A stretch of DNA of 64,000 bases from an uncultured Candidatus Saccharibacteria bacterium (GTDB lineage: Bacteria > Patescibacteriota > Doudnabacteria > UBA920): contig CAYLIB010000003.1 of the NCBI GenBank assembly GCA_964384035.1, forward strand, positions 36,393-100,392, written 5' to 3'. The first letter of the stretch is position 1. The number at the start of each line of letters is the position of its first letter. The position numbers were made by a program, and so were the translations under genes. The notes under the pieces were generated by a model. It was not told the DNA's origin. It saw only the letters and a list, made by a program, of their open reading frames with translations, and did no database searches. Positions 44,295 through 54,179 of the stretch are shown here, one piece after another.

Positions 44295-47066
44295 CTAGGC
44301 GAAGATAAGTTTGAAGATTGCTTTTCTCTTTAAGTACATGGCGAAGCCAAGAGTACTTATTCCGCCGAATGCGATTGCATTGGTTTCACCACCTGTTTTT
44401 GGTATTACTACTGGAGGAACAGGAGCGGGGGTCTGAATTTGGACAGTTACTGTGTTTCCGTAGGTGTTTACCATTGTGAAGTTTAGGTTAGCTGCAAGGG
44501 AGTATTTTACTCTGACCTTGAAGCTCTTTGTGACTGAACCATTTGCTGGCACGTTTACACTTGGGAAAGTTATAACGTTGTTAGAAATTGTTCCACCACC
44601 GTTATCTACCATATCAGCGAATGTTAGAACACTTGATAGATCGTCGGTAATAACGAAGTTATTAGCTACCTGAGAACCAGTGTTATTTACAGTAAGTGTA
44701 TAGGTTATAAAGTCTTCTCTGGATGCTGGGGTTGTAGTAGCGTCTACATTCTTAGTGTCGTTCCAAGCTTTTTTACTTAGTACTAAGTTAGACTGACCAA
44801 CTAGAGTAGAGTTTACAGTTGCGGTGTCATGTACCTGAGATACAGAATCACCTGTTACAACAGCGGTGTTGGTTAAGTTATAACTACCAGTTCCGCTAAT
44901 GCTTACAGTACCGTCTATATAGACTTTCTTTTGCTGGCCGGTTGCCAAGGTACCCATAGAGATTTGGAATCCGTTGGTTGCACTTGCGGTGAAGTCGCCG
45001 TTTACAGAGATTGGGCTGAAGCCTAGGGCTCCACTCCAGTTATCGGTGAGTCTGACGTTAGATACTTCTCTTGAACCTGGGTTAGAAACAGTTATTTCGA
45101 ACTGAACTCTGTCGCCGTTGTTGGCTGAGACACTCTTTTGGAAAGAAGTTCCTTGAGTTACGTTCTTTACATTCTTTATAACTGCTAACTGAGGAGTACC
45201 AACTACTTGGTTAACTATTACAGTAGCAGTATCTTGTACGTCTGTTACGTTGTCGCCTTTTGCAACTGCTGTGTTTACAAGTTGAGTTTGAGCAACATTT
45301 GCAGGAGCAACAGCTTTTGCTTGGAAAGTTACAGTTTTGCTTTGACCGTTGTTTAGGTTACCTATAGATATAGTGCTTACGTTATCACCAGAGTTTGTAC
45401 CGTCTATTTTTAGAGTACCTGTTTGGTACTGAATTCCAGAAGGAAGTGAATCGGTAAGGGTGATGTTCTTAATGTTACCAGAGTTTACACCAACAACGAT
45501 TTTATATTCTACGATTTCGTTGTTTTGTACCGAAACACTGTCTTGGAAAGAACCAGATAAGGTTCTTACTTGTTTAGTTATTGTTAGATTGCCTTTAGAA
45601 GGAACAGCGACGTTAACTACTGCTTGAGACTGAACAGTTGACGCATTGCTGGATGTTGCTACAGCAGTGTTGGTAACTGTTATGGAATCTTTTGCTACGT
45701 TTGCTGTGTAAGTTATTACAACAGAAGAATTGGTATTAATATCACCTAGGCCCAAACCGTTCGCTAGGGAGCCAGTGTAAGAGCGGTCTACATTTATAGT
45801 ACCGGTAGGATTTATACCAGTGTTGCTTAGGGAGTCAGTTACGAATACGCTCTTAGCAGTTGTGGAACCAGTATTAGCTACAGTTATTCTGTACTGCATT
45901 TGGTCACCGTTTTCAGCGTCTGCAGATTTAGCGAAGGAAGTATTTTTAGTTACGTTTCTGACTTCTTTGTTTATGGTAATAGTAGTGTTCTGTTGCTGAG
46001 GGGTGTTTACAGTTACGTTTGCAGAATCTTGAACTTGGTTTGCACCGTCACCTTTTGCAGTTGCTGTATTTGTAACTGTAGAACCTGCGCTTGCTGTAAC
46101 TTTTGCCTGGTATTTAATTTCTACACCAGATTGGTTAACAGCTCCGAGGTTTACGCCACTAGAAAGAGTACCGGTTTTTGCTTGACCGTTAACCATAAGA
46201 CTGTTGTTTACATAAGATAACTGAGAGTTTAGAGCGTCTGTAATTACTACATTATTTACTGGAGTTGCATCGGTAGCAGCAATTTTAACTCTATATTCAA
46301 CAGTGTCGTTTTGGTAAGAAGTTTCGTTGTTTACGAAAGCAGTTCTGTTTGCAGTTACGTTTCTGACTTCTTTAGTAATACTTAGTTGACCTTGAGCAAC
46401 TGGAGTTGCTGGGACTACCTTAACTCTGAAGCGGTAAAAACGGCTGTATTGGAAACATGCGTTAAGGTCGCCGATAGATAGGATATTGTTACCCATATTG
46501 AAACCGGCTTCTTGGATGTTACCGTTGTTATCATATCTTTCACCACTGTTTGGAACTACTTCGAGTTTTTCGTTTGCACCAGTTGTAATTTTGTAGAACT
46601 GGTTAACACCTGGGGTGTTAGGAGAAGTAGCACGAACTTCTATTTGGTGAGTTGTACCTACGTTGGTGTCTACTATGGTAGTAATGTGCACGTCTTTTGC
46701 AACAGTTTGAGACTGTGGCAAGTTTTGCGCAGCACCATTGTGAATGTAGACAGTTCCGAAGATTTCGTCCCCTGCAGTAGCAGTTACACCAGCTTGCATT
46801 TCTTGCAAGTTGGTTGGGTAGCTACCACCGTTAACTTTTCTCATTTGAATAAGAGGAAAGTCTTTACATTCGATGGTAGAAGCATCGAAGGTAAGTGGGT
46901 AGATATTGAACTGAGCTGTAGTTGGTGCGTTTGCACAATTTTCAGCTTTAGCCACGTCTATTGAGCGTGGAGCTATTATACCAACCAAAGAAGCAGCGGT
47001 TACCATAAGGGCAACTGCGCCGTAACCTAGTTTGGTGGCAAATGTTCTTTGCATTAATTGCAACAT
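44295..47066 (-). CDS. cell-wall-anchored surface protein with DUF11 repeat domains and an IPKTG sortase sorting signal
   Basis: 923 aa. Signal peptide. Many conserved-repeat-domain (DUF11/TIGR01451-like) segments (ITKEVRNVT ... VTDSL ...). C-terminus IPKTG, then a hydrophobic stretch (AIAFGGISTLGFAMYL), then KRKA. Confidence 0.8.
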   Translation of the reverse strand: MLQLMQRTFATKLGYGAVALMVTAASLVGIIAPRSIDVAKAENCANAPTTAQFNIYPLTFDASTIECKDFPLIQMRKVNGGSYPTNLQEMQAGVTATAGDEIFGTVYIHNGAAQNLPQSQTVAKDVHITTIVDTNVGTTHQIEVRATSPNTPGVNQFYKITTGANEKLEVVPNSGERYDNNGNIQEAGFNMGNNILSIGDLNACFQYSRFYRFRVKVVPATPVAQGQLSITKEVRNVTANRTAFVNNETSYQNDTVEYRVKIAATDATPVNNVVITDALNSQLSYVNNSLMVNGQAKTGTLSSGVNLGAVNQSGVEIKYQAKVTASAGSTVTNTATAKGDGANQVQDSANVTVNTPQQQNTTITINKEVRNVTKNTSFAKSADAENGDQMQYRITVANTGSTTAKSVFVTDSLSNTGINPTGTINVDRSYTGSLANGLGLGDINTNSSVVITYTANVAKDSITVTNTAVATSSNASTVQSQAVVNVAVPSKGNLTITKQVRTLSGSFQDSVSVQNNEIVEYKIVVGVNSGNIKNITLTDSLPSGIQYQTGTLKIDGTNSGDNVSTISIGNLNNGQSKTVTFQAKAVAPANVAQTQLVNTAVAKGDNVTDVQDTATVIVNQVVGTPQLAVIKNVKNVTQGTSFQKSVSANNGDRVQFEITVSNPGSREVSNVRLTDNWSGALGFSPISVNGDFTASATNGFQISMGTLATGQQKKVYIDGTVSISGTGSYNLTNTAVVTGDSVSQVHDTATVNSTLVGQSNLVLSKKAWNDTKNVDATTTPASREDFITYTLTVNNTGSQVANNFVITDDLSSVLTFADMVDNGGGTISNNVITFPSVNVPANGSVTKSFKVRVKYSLAANLNFTMVNTYGNTVTVQIQTPAPVPPVVIPKTGGETNAIAFGGISTLGFAMYLKRKAIFKLIFA

Positions 47067-47141
47067 TGTTTGTTCCTTTGCGAAATGTCTTATTTAAGGA
47101 CATTTCAGTTAATCTATAAAATAACCAACAAAATACCCATA

Positions 47142-47170
47142 ATTATACATGAAAACGACCCAAAAGTCAA
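47142..47170 (-). promoter_or_regulatory. sigma70-like promoter TTGACT-17-TATAAT for the DUF11 surface-protein gene
   Basis: Consensus hexamers on the minus strand, ~75 nt upstream of the ATG at 47066. RBS aaaggaac. Confidence 0.6.
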
Positions 47171-47393
47171 GACTAAAACCCGCTTAAATTGAAAATATTA
47201 AATGGCTTGTTTAAGAGATAAAAATCACATGATCTGAAACATTGAAGATTTTGTTTCAGTTTGGATGATTTTTTGTATTTTTTTATGGAGCCGTACGTAG
47301 CAGGGTACGGTGGAGTAAAAAAATGCAAAAAATCGCACAAAATGGAGCAAAATATGCAATGCCGTGATGAGAAAAATAAAACTAAAGAAACAA

Positions 47394-47436
47394 GCGCAGT
47401 CAGAGTGGGATATTGAGTCCCACGGCTGAGCTGCGC
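47394..47436 (-). terminator. terminator of the GC-rich two-gene operon (nested hairpin, T-rich tail on minus strand)
   Basis: Outer stem gcgcagtcag/ctga(g)ctgcgc and inner stem gtggga/tcccac. In minus sense it is followed by ttgtttctttagttttattttt. Confidence 0.55.
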
Positions 47437-47460
47437 TTGAAATGCTGACATGAAGCGAAT

Positions 47461-48687
47461 TTAGGGCCGGCGAACCGGGACGGTTGTCGTGCTGCCACCG
47501 GTTGTCGGGTTAATGGGCGGAGTACCGCCGATGGTTCGACCGATTGGCAGATCGCCGTTTGTCGTACCGCTACCGAGTGGTGACTCGATAGTTCGTATGC
47601 CATCGCGTGGTGCGATTGGCCCACGAACAGGATCGCCGTTGGGAACGGTACGGACACCACCGGATGTGGAGTCTTTCATAGGGACTTGCGGTTTGTCGGG
47701 TCGGCTTGGGATGCCGTACCGACCGATGACTGTTCCGACAGGAACGCCAACCGCGAAGCCGACCCAGAATTCCTTCCAGTGCCAGCCATCCCAGACGATC
47801 TCGACACGGATGTCTTTGCCGGGTTCACAGAACGAGTCCTCGACGTGAGTGAAAGTGACTTTAGACTCCAACATCTTTTGGAAGTTTTTTTCGTCATCCT
47901 TGCTTTTGACGAACCTCTTCTGGATGTCTTCGTCTTTTTTCATTTCCTCCCAGATTGCCCGAATGTAACTTTCAGGCAAACGGTCACTCGCCACCAACAC
48001 TTCGCCCAACTTGAAGGATTTGGATTTCCCGCTTCTTGTTGGCCCAACTAGGTCATTGCGACCCCCTTCGCAAATCGTCTTCGTTGCAGTCTTATGGATT
48101 TCCACTCGACCGCAACCGAAGTCCTTGGTCACGATTTTGTTACCATCTCTGTCAGTGGCTTCTGTGACTTTGGGTTCGTCAAACGGTTTGCATGGAGGAG
48201 GTGTTGGGCATGGTGTCGCGGAGGGAGTCGGAGCGGGTTTTTCGTCCCACTTGATGGCCTCCATGTGGAAGAACCGATTTGCGCAACGCACGATCCGCAC
48301 GATCTTCATAGTGGCCATGTGCATGATCACCAGAGTCGCCGGCTGTTCCGGGCCTTCGGGGGTCAACTTGACCATATCCACGAGAGGCAACTTACCGTAG
48401 ACCCAGTTACCTCGTTTATCTTCGGAGTAACCAAGTACGGTGGGTTTGGTGATTGCGACACAGGCGAAGCCTGCGGGAAGCTCTTTCGAGCCGTCGCAAT
48501 AACCGTAAATTCCGCCTTCGATTGTCGGGAACGATCCGACGGGAATGAACCCGCCGTTCAAGTCCCGGAACGATTTCGGAGCTTTGTCGAGTGGTGTGAA
48601 GTCAACATTTGAGGTCTGCGCCAAAGCGCCGACGACCGAGAGAGTGACCAGAAGGGTTGCGACATAGAGAATTCGATTGAGTTTCAT
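47461..48687 (-). CDS. hypothetical secreted protein, Cys- and Pro/Gly/Thr-rich (GC-rich island gene)
   Basis: 408 aa, ~58-60% GC. Signal peptide (LLVTLSVVGALAQT). RBS aaaggag. C-terminal PTPSATPCPTPPPC and GT-rich low-complexity tail. No sorting signal. Confidence 0.6.
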   Translation of the reverse strand: MKLNRILYVATLLVTLSVVGALAQTSNVDFTPLDKAPKSFRDLNGGFIPVGSFPTIEGGIYGYCDGSKELPAGFACVAITKPTVLGYSEDKRGNWVYGKLPLVDMVKLTPEGPEQPATLVIMHMATMKIVRIVRCANRFFHMEAIKWDEKPAPTPSATPCPTPPPCKPFDEPKVTEATDRDGNKIVTKDFGCGRVEIHKTATKTICEGGRNDLVGPTRSGKSKSFKLGEVLVASDRLPESYIRAIWEEMKKDEDIQKRFVKSKDDEKNFQKMLESKVTFTHVEDSFCEPGKDIRVEIVWDGWHWKEFWVGFAVGVPVGTVIGRYGIPSRPDKPQVPMKDSTSGGVRTVPNGDPVRGPIAPRDGIRTIESPLGSGTTNGDLPIGRTIGGTPPINPTTGGSTTTVPVRRP

Positions 48688-48705
48688 TCGGTGTAATCTC
48701 CTTTG

Positions 48706-49407
48706 CTAGTTGGAATTCGGTGTTTTGATGAGATTGATGGCGCTTTGGACGGCGCCGAGTCTCATCATTTTGTCGTAGTTCAGGACTGGGAGCCATTTCC
48801 CAGCCGACTCGTCGTAAATGTAGGACGAATTGTCGGCAAGGTAGGTCATACCCATGAACTCGACATAATACCCCTGCAAGCCCTTTCCCGGGACCAAGAC
48901 TGTGACTTTCGCCACCACTCGGCTAATCCGGTACCACTTGCTGTTTAGAAAACGGAAAGCGGCAGCTTCGCCGTTGAGAAGTATGTCAGTCGTGCGGTCT
49001 TCCACACGACGACCGAGTATGACTCCACCAACTGCGCCACCGTAACGACCAATGCGCCCAAGTCGGCCAAGCTCGATAATCATCGCATCGATTGCGATAT
49101 TGCCGAGGCCTTGGTTTTCGTAGGCGCGAGACTGGGTTTTACGGCGTATGCGCTCTGCTTCAATCATGTCTTCTTGTGTCGGCTGATTGATTTTCAGCAC
49201 GACCGATTCCCATTCGATCTGCAAGCACTTGGGTGTGAACCCAAGCTTGTTAGTCGGATTGTTGAAGAGGTTTTTGGCCTCTTGAATATCCGACTGCTCC
49301 AAAATTGAGGTGGGTTCGCTACAGGATAGGCCTTTGCTTGCTTCCTGTCCGAAAGAAGTGATTGAGAGAGCTAAGATGATGGCAACGATTATATAAATTC
49401 GCTTCAT
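48706..49407 (-). CDS. hypothetical secreted protein (GC-rich island gene)
   Basis: The ORF track starts at 49461. The internal ATG at 49407 (MKRIYIIVAIILALS...), preceded by ggagga, is the more plausible start and gives a signal peptide. ~52% GC. It sits 18 nt upstream of the next gene, so likely an operon. Confidence 0.55.
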   Translation of the reverse strand: MKRIYIIVAIILALSITSFGQEASKGLSCSEPTSILEQSDIQEAKNLFNNPTNKLGFTPKCLQIEWESVVLKINQPTQEDMIEAERIRRKTQSRAYENQGLGNIAIDAMIIELGRLGRIGRYGGAVGGVILGRRVEDRTTDILLNGEAAAFRFLNSKWYRISRVVAKVTVLVPGKGLQGYYVEFMGMTYLADNSSYIYDESAGKWLPVLNYDKMMRLGAVQSAINLIKTPNSN

Positions 49408-49569
49408 TGAATTGTTCCTCCGTATTGAGTTTTGTAGGTGCGATGCTTTTGCCTGGCACACTTCTATGCGCGTTGCATAGAAGTTTTAGGCTTACGCTTG
49501 GGTGCCAAGCGAATTGCTCCACAAACTGCTAGATAACCAACATTCCGTAGAGCAAACCGCTTATCACTT

Positions 49570-49600
49570 TCTCGGGAGCCGGCTTGACCAGCTCCCGAGA
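49570..49600. terminator. GC-rich hairpin (tctcgggagc-11 nt-gctcccgaga) downstream of the sortase gene
   Basis: 10-bp perfect stem directly after the sortase stop. The T-tail is weak. Confidence 0.45.
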
Positions 49601-49609
49601 TATTTAGTT

Positions 49610-50968
49610 TTATTGATAGTCTATTTTGTCTAATGTTCCGAATATAACTTTTCTCTTTGCGGTACCGCCTATTGGCCAACAGGTTCCTAGAGCTACAACT
49701 GAGTCTGCGGTGTTCTTGAATTGTTCTGGATCTTGGGGTGTGTACTCTCCCCTTCTGTTAACTATGTAAGTTAGCTTAACGAGTTTTCCTTGTTTGGTGG
49801 TTACATAAACGTAGAAGGAAGCTTTGTCTGGTACGTCGTTTAAACGGGAAAAGATGGTTTTAAATTTACTGTCGTCCCAAGCGTAACCACTGCTGTGTCC
49901 GGAAATGTAGGAAGTACCTAAGGAGCCGGGTTCTGCTGTGCCAGGGACTCGCATTACTCCAAGTTTTAACGCATTGTCGTTTTCGGCGCTGGTCTTTGGC
50001 CACTGGATTGGTGCGGTAACATTTATAGAAGGGATTTCGATTTTACCTGGAATGTTAAAGTCTATGTCGAGATAGTTCTGTGTGGCTGGGATGTTTAACT
50101 TGTTGTACTTCGGTGTTGCGGATTGGTTTGGGTAAGTTCCAGTTAAGTTTGGTTTAACTTCAGGTTTAATAAAAACTATGTTTGGCTTTACGTAGGAGAT
50201 TCCTGAGTTATCTGTTGGAGTTGCAATAGTATTCACAACATCTACCGGTTCTACTGGGTACCCTTCGCCTCGCAAGTAGTAAGGGTTAGTTATAACTATC
50301 TGTTCTTCTACCGGATAAGATTTTTTCTTGTTTACTGCAACATCTACTTCTATGAACTGTTCGATAAGTTTTTTCTGGTCTTCGGTAAGATTGTTACCGT
50401 TGAGCGGGTTAATACCATCCTGAATATATTCACTATCTGCCTTACCGAGTTTTAGAGTGTCGTAGACTTTTGGATTTAAACCAAGAATATATTTTTGAAA
50501 GCTTGTTAAACCGTTACCAGAAAGGTCCGTGTTCGGATCTAGCACACTTTTGTCGCTTATATCGAAGTAGTACCCGCGCATCCATGTCTCAAACCTTATT
50601 TTTTCGGTCTTATAGAGTGTGTCTAAGTTTGCTTGTTTGCTTACGCTTGCTACTTTAGGCTGAGATTTGAAGATGTTGCTGAATGAAAAACTGGAGAAGT
50701 AAAAGAAGTAAACAAATATACCGATAAAGAATACAGCTACGAAAGGAGCCACGTATTTAACTATTCTTCCGATACTGGATGACTGACTTTGGTTATATGA
50801 ACTAATCTCTTCTTCGATTTGTTCTTCTGTTTCTATGCTTTCTGCAGAATCTTCTGAATGTGTAGCATGGGATGTACTTTCGTGTGCATTTTTTGAAAAT
50901 ACATTCAAAATTTCCGGGCTACCCGGTACAATTTCTGGCTTTGTTATTTTGTCGTCTAATTCGTTCAT
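49610..50968 (-). CDS. sortase-family transpeptidase (N-terminal acidic cytoplasmic tail, one TM, extracytoplasmic catalytic domain)
   Basis: 452 aa. His in YISGHSSG. TLxTC-type Cys in VVALGTCWPIGGTAKR, followed by the conserved Arg. Confidence 0.75.
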   Translation of the reverse strand: MNELDDKITKPEIVPGSPEILNVFSKNAHESTSHATHSEDSAESIETEEQIEEEISSYNQSQSSSIGRIVKYVAPFVAVFFIGIFVYFFYFSSFSFSNIFKSQPKVASVSKQANLDTLYKTEKIRFETWMRGYYFDISDKSVLDPNTDLSGNGLTSFQKYILGLNPKVYDTLKLGKADSEYIQDGINPLNGNNLTEDQKKLIEQFIEVDVAVNKKKSYPVEEQIVITNPYYLRGEGYPVEPVDVVNTIATPTDNSGISYVKPNIVFIKPEVKPNLTGTYPNQSATPKYNKLNIPATQNYLDIDFNIPGKIEIPSINVTAPIQWPKTSAENDNALKLGVMRVPGTAEPGSLGTSYISGHSSGYAWDDSKFKTIFSRLNDVPDKASFYVYVTTKQGKLVKLTYIVNRRGEYTPQDPEQFKNTADSVVALGTCWPIGGTAKRKVIFGTLDKIDYQ

Positions 50969-51011
50969 AAATATAGTAAATACCTATATATTCATTAATA
51001 TTTTATCCTTA

Positions 51012-51040
51012 ATATTAGCATATTTTAGGTGTTTTGTCAA
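51012..51040 (-). promoter_or_regulatory. sigma70-like promoter TTGACA-17-TAATAT for the sortase gene
   Basis: Minus strand, ~40 nt upstream of the sortase ATG. Confidence 0.5.
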
Positions 51041-51163
51041 CAATCAGCTAAACCGTTTAACGTTAAATATTACTCCTAAATATGAAAAAATAAAGACCTC
51101 CCACTTTAATAATTAAAAAGAGCTTATTTAAGGATAAAGTAATAAATATGAGCTTAATTATGC

Positions 51164-51192
51164 TTGACTTTATGTGTCTCTTATATTATAAT
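51164..51192 (+). promoter_or_regulatory. sigma70-like promoter TTGACT-17-TATAAT
   Basis: Consensus. An ~80-nt leader with the hairpin ccaggt...acctgg. RBS tggagg before the ATG at 51274. Confidence 0.6.
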
Positions 51193-51273
51193 TAGCTCTT
51201 ATTTTCCCAATCTCAATAAACCAGGTTAACGTAAGTTACCTACCTGGCTAAATTCAACTATGGAGGAATTGAA

Positions 51274-52062
51274 ATGAGTTACAAACGATATAAGGGCTTG
51301 TCGTACAATGATTTGTTCGCTGTCATAATGATGAGAGCGTACTTATCTGATGGACTACTCTCGGATGTCTTGCTCACTGGAATCAAGAGATTCGCTAAGG
51401 AATTTGCGGTTGATCAAGTTGGCCTTCCTCTCAATTTCAATGAAATTGTCAAAAAAGACCTCTTTGACAACCGCCTGGTTGCCACACAGACTGCTCTGGC
51501 GCTTATGAATCGGGAGGAAAGCATAGACTTCGAATCTGCCTGTGCTGGTAAATTCGAGGAGCTGATTCAGGAGGCTCTAAGAAAAGTACCTGCAGACGAG
51601 CTAGCAGAGATGGAACCAGCCTTGCGAGCCAGTTTCGATAAGGTCCGTGAGTTGTTGAATATGACGGAAACCGAAATGAAGGCGCTCGGAGTTGATCCGC
51701 TGGATGAAGCCGAGCGTTGGGTAACGACAGTAAAAGGTATTGCCTCGGAAAACGAACAACACCCAGCGTCTGTTGCGTTCAACGACGGCGCACTCAAGGC
51801 TATTGTGACTAAGGCCTACACCAAGGAACAGTTGAGAGATTTGCTAACTGCAATGGTCAAAGTGACCTGTAGCGCAAAATATCTGGTTCAGCTTTGCGTT
51901 ATGCCGACCCTTACTCTGCTCGCAAAAGCCAAAGATAAAACTGACGAAGAAATTGCAAGATACCAAGGAGCTTTCGTTGAGAAAGCTGCGGATCTCAGTC
52001 AGGAAATTCTGGTAACCGCCTTGGGTCAAACCTCACTCATCGTGGATAAGATTTTTGAATAA
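51274..52062 (+). CDS. hypothetical cytoplasmic all-alpha protein (GC-rich island gene)
   Basis: 262-aa ORF, ~47-50% GC. Own promoter and terminator. No recognisable domain. Confidence 0.6.
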   Translation: MSYKRYKGLSYNDLFAVIMMRAYLSDGLLSDVLLTGIKRFAKEFAVDQVGLPLNFNEIVKKDLFDNRLVATQTALALMNREESIDFESACAGKFEELIQEALRKVPADELAEMEPALRASFDKVRELLNMTETEMKALGVDPLDEAERWVTTVKGIASENEQHPASVAFNDGALKAIVTKAYTKEQLRDLLTAMVKVTCSAKYLVQLCVMPTLTLLAKAKDKTDEEIARYQGAFVEKAADLSQEILVTALGQTSLIVDKIFE

Positions 52063-52100
52063 AACGCAAAATTTGCGTTTATTTTTTTTGTTTTTTTCTA
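52061..52100. terminator. bidirectional terminator (acgcaaa/tttgcgt + long T-run)
   Basis: Overlaps the stop codons of both the 51274..52062 gene and the convergent rmlA-like gene. Confidence 0.65.
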
Positions 52101-52801
52101 GCTAATTCAGTGGCGGCAAATAGGGATTCGAAGGTGCCGGCATCTATCCATTCCCCGGTAATTTTAGAGGCGGAAAGTTCTCCTTTTTCCAGATACCATC
52201 TGTTTAAGTCTGTAACTTCAAGTTCACCCCTTGCGGATGGTTTTTGGCCTTTAACAGCTTCTATTACTTTGCTGTCGTAAATGTACAAACCTGTTTGAGC
52301 AAGATTCGATTTGGGGTTAGTAGGTTTTTCTTCTACGCTAAGAACTTTTCCGTTTTCATCTATTTCAACTATACCCAACCTTGTTCTGTCCTCTTCTGGC
52401 ACTTCTCTGACAAATATTTTAGCTCCTGTTGTGAAGTTTTGAATTTCTTCCGAAAGATCATCTTCGAAAATGTTGTCTCCTAGTATTAGGGTTACGTTGT
52501 CGCCGTCGTCCAGAAAATCTTCTCCGATTAAAAAGGCTTGGGCGATACCTTCGGGTTTGTCTTGAATTTCGTAGGTGAATTTTGCTCCGAATTCTTTACC
52601 ACTCCCAAGTAGGCGTAAAAAATCTCCAGCTCTTTCTGGAGCTACTATTATTAAGATATCTTTAATACCAGCTTTTAGCAGAACTTCAAGCGGGTAGAAG
52701 ATCATTGGTTTGTTGTATACAGGTAGAAGTTGTTTGCTTGTTACGTGGGTAAGAGGCTTAAGCCTAGTCCCGCTTCCCCCCGCTAAAATAATTCCTTTCA
52801 T
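52079..52801 (-). CDS. rmlA: sugar-phosphate nucleotidyltransferase (glucose-1-phosphate thymidylyltransferase RmlA-like, short form)
   Basis: 240 aa. MKGIILAGGSGTRLKPLT G-loop. Last gene of the rmlBCD-A cluster. Confidence 0.75.
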   Translation of the reverse strand: MKGIILAGGSGTRLKPLTHVTSKQLLPVYNKPMIFYPLEVLLKAGIKDILIIVAPERAGDFLRLLGSGKEFGAKFTYEIQDKPEGIAQAFLIGEDFLDDGDNVTLILGDNIFEDDLSEEIQNFTTGAKIFVREVPEEDRTRLGIVEIDENGKVLSVEEKPTNPKSNLAQTGLYIYDSKVIEAVKGQKPSARGELEVTDLNRWYLEKGELSASKITGEWIDAGTFESLFAATELARKKQKK

Positions 52802-53640
52802 ATAAGATCTAGGTATTCTGCTAGAGCAACTTTCCAGTGCCTTAGCTTAGGTAGTTTATTGTTTGTTAATATTGCTCTCGAAGGTCTTTTTGCTAATCTC
52901 TTGAATTCTGCAGATTTGGCTGGATTAACTTTTAAACTAGTATTACCCGTCAGTTTTAAAATTTCCCGAGCGAACTCTAACCATGAAGCTTGCCCTTCGT
53001 TTATAACATGGTATATGCCGTAGGGCAAATTGTTCTCTAAAATGTGAATTATGGATTTTGCTAAATCTGGAGCATAAGTAATGCTATTTATTTCGTCGTC
53101 TACAAAACTACACTCGTTTCCTTTTTCTGCCAAACCCAAAACTATATCTACAAAACTTTTCTTCGAGAGTTCGCTTTCACCTTTTGGACCGAAAACAACA
53201 TTTGTTCTTATTACATAAAATCTCCCCCCCTGTTCGATAACCTGATTTTCTCCTGCTAGCTTGCTTTTACCGTAAATTGAAAGTGGATTTGGTACGGAGT
53301 CTTCATTATAAGAATCGGCTAAACCGTCGAATACGTAACCTGTACTTATATGAACGAGTGGTACCCTGCAAGCATTACTAAGCAATGCGAGTTGTTTTGG
53401 TACGTCTCTATTTAACAGGTATGCTTTTTCTTCATTTGTTTCAGCTCCGTCTACATCGTTAAAGGCGACACAGTTTATGACTGCGGAAATTTTACCATTT
53501 AACTCGCCGAATTTAGCATGGATGTTCGGGAAGTTGGTTACGTCTAAGTCTTCCCTGTCCCAATGAAGATCCTGAGGCCTGAGTTTTCTTAGAGCACCCC
53601 CAACTAGACCTTTTGCTCCGATAACTAGAAATTTATTCAT
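52798..53640 (-). CDS. rmlD: dTDP-4-dehydrorhamnose reductase
   Basis: 280 aa. N-terminal Rossmann MNKFLVIGAKGLVGGAL and RmlD-like length and context. Confidence 0.8.
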   Translation of the reverse strand: MNKFLVIGAKGLVGGALRKLRPQDLHWDREDLDVTNFPNIHAKFGELNGKISAVINCVAFNDVDGAETNEEKAYLLNRDVPKQLALLSNACRVPLVHISTGYVFDGLADSYNEDSVPNPLSIYGKSKLAGENQVIEQGGRFYVIRTNVVFGPKGESELSKKSFVDIVLGLAEKGNECSFVDDEINSITYAPDLAKSIIHILENNLPYGIYHVINEGQASWLEFAREILKLTGNTSLKVNPAKSAEFKRLAKRPSRAILTNNKLPKLRHWKVALAEYLDLI

Positions 53641-54179
53641 TATTTAAAAGCTTCAATTTCATTTAAGTTTGGTAGGGCGGAATCTTTTTCAGAAAGTACA
53701 ACTTTGGCTTTGTCTATTGGCCAAGAAATATTTAATGAAGGATCGTAAGGGTTTACACCAATATATTTTTGATCTTTTTTCCAGTGTCCATTTACAGCGT
53801 ATACATAATACGTGTCGGGTAAGGTTGTTTGATAACTATTGCCAATACCTTGAGGAATAAAAACTGAAATCCCAGGTTTTAAATCTATTGTTTCAAAGTG
53901 ACCAAAAGTATTACCCTCACGCAAATCCAGATACACTCCGACTGCATTACCAGTTATAACGCTAACGTACTTATCCCAAGGTTCAGCATGAATACCTCTT
54001 AGTACTCCAGCTTTTGTGTTTTTTACAAAGTTAATCTGTTTTGGAAGGAAAGCTTCGCTAAAACTAAGACTAACTAACTTCTCTTGCTGAAACATTTCCC
54101 AAAACTCCCCTCTTTCATCTGGGTATGTGTCGCTTTCTATTATTAACAATCCGGGTATTTTGGTTTCGGTTAATTTCAT
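53640..54179 (-). CDS. rmlC: dTDP-4-dehydrorhamnose 3,5-epimerase
   Basis: 179-aa cupin. RGEFWEMF ... GLHAEPWDKYVSVITG pattern. Confidence 0.8.
   Translation of the reverse strand: MKLTETKIPGLLIIESDTYPDERGEFWEMFQQEKLVSLSFSEAFLPKQINFVKNTKAGVLRGIHAEPWDKYVSVITGNAVGVYLDLREGNTFGHFETIDLKPGISVFIPQGIGNSYQTTLPDTYYVYAVNGHWKKDQKYIGVNPYDPSLNISWPIDKAKVVLSEKDSALPNLNEIEAFK

Noticed and set aside
47173-47660. ORFs 47173..47451 and 47400..47660 (-) downstream of the GC-rich operon
   Set aside because: They span the terminator hairpin, the T-rich tail and the promoter of the DUF11 gene. The translations are hydrophobic low-complexity with no start context. The second overlaps the real gene's 3' end.
47489-48948. 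Cluster of + strand ORFs (47489..47848, 47686..48051, 48011..48400, 48094..48612, 48703..48948) opposite the GC-rich secreted-protein genes
   Set aside because: Same GC-driven artefact. The Arg/Pro/Gly-rich low-complexity translations are typical of antisense reading of high-GC genes. The minus-strand genes have signal peptides and good RBS sequences.
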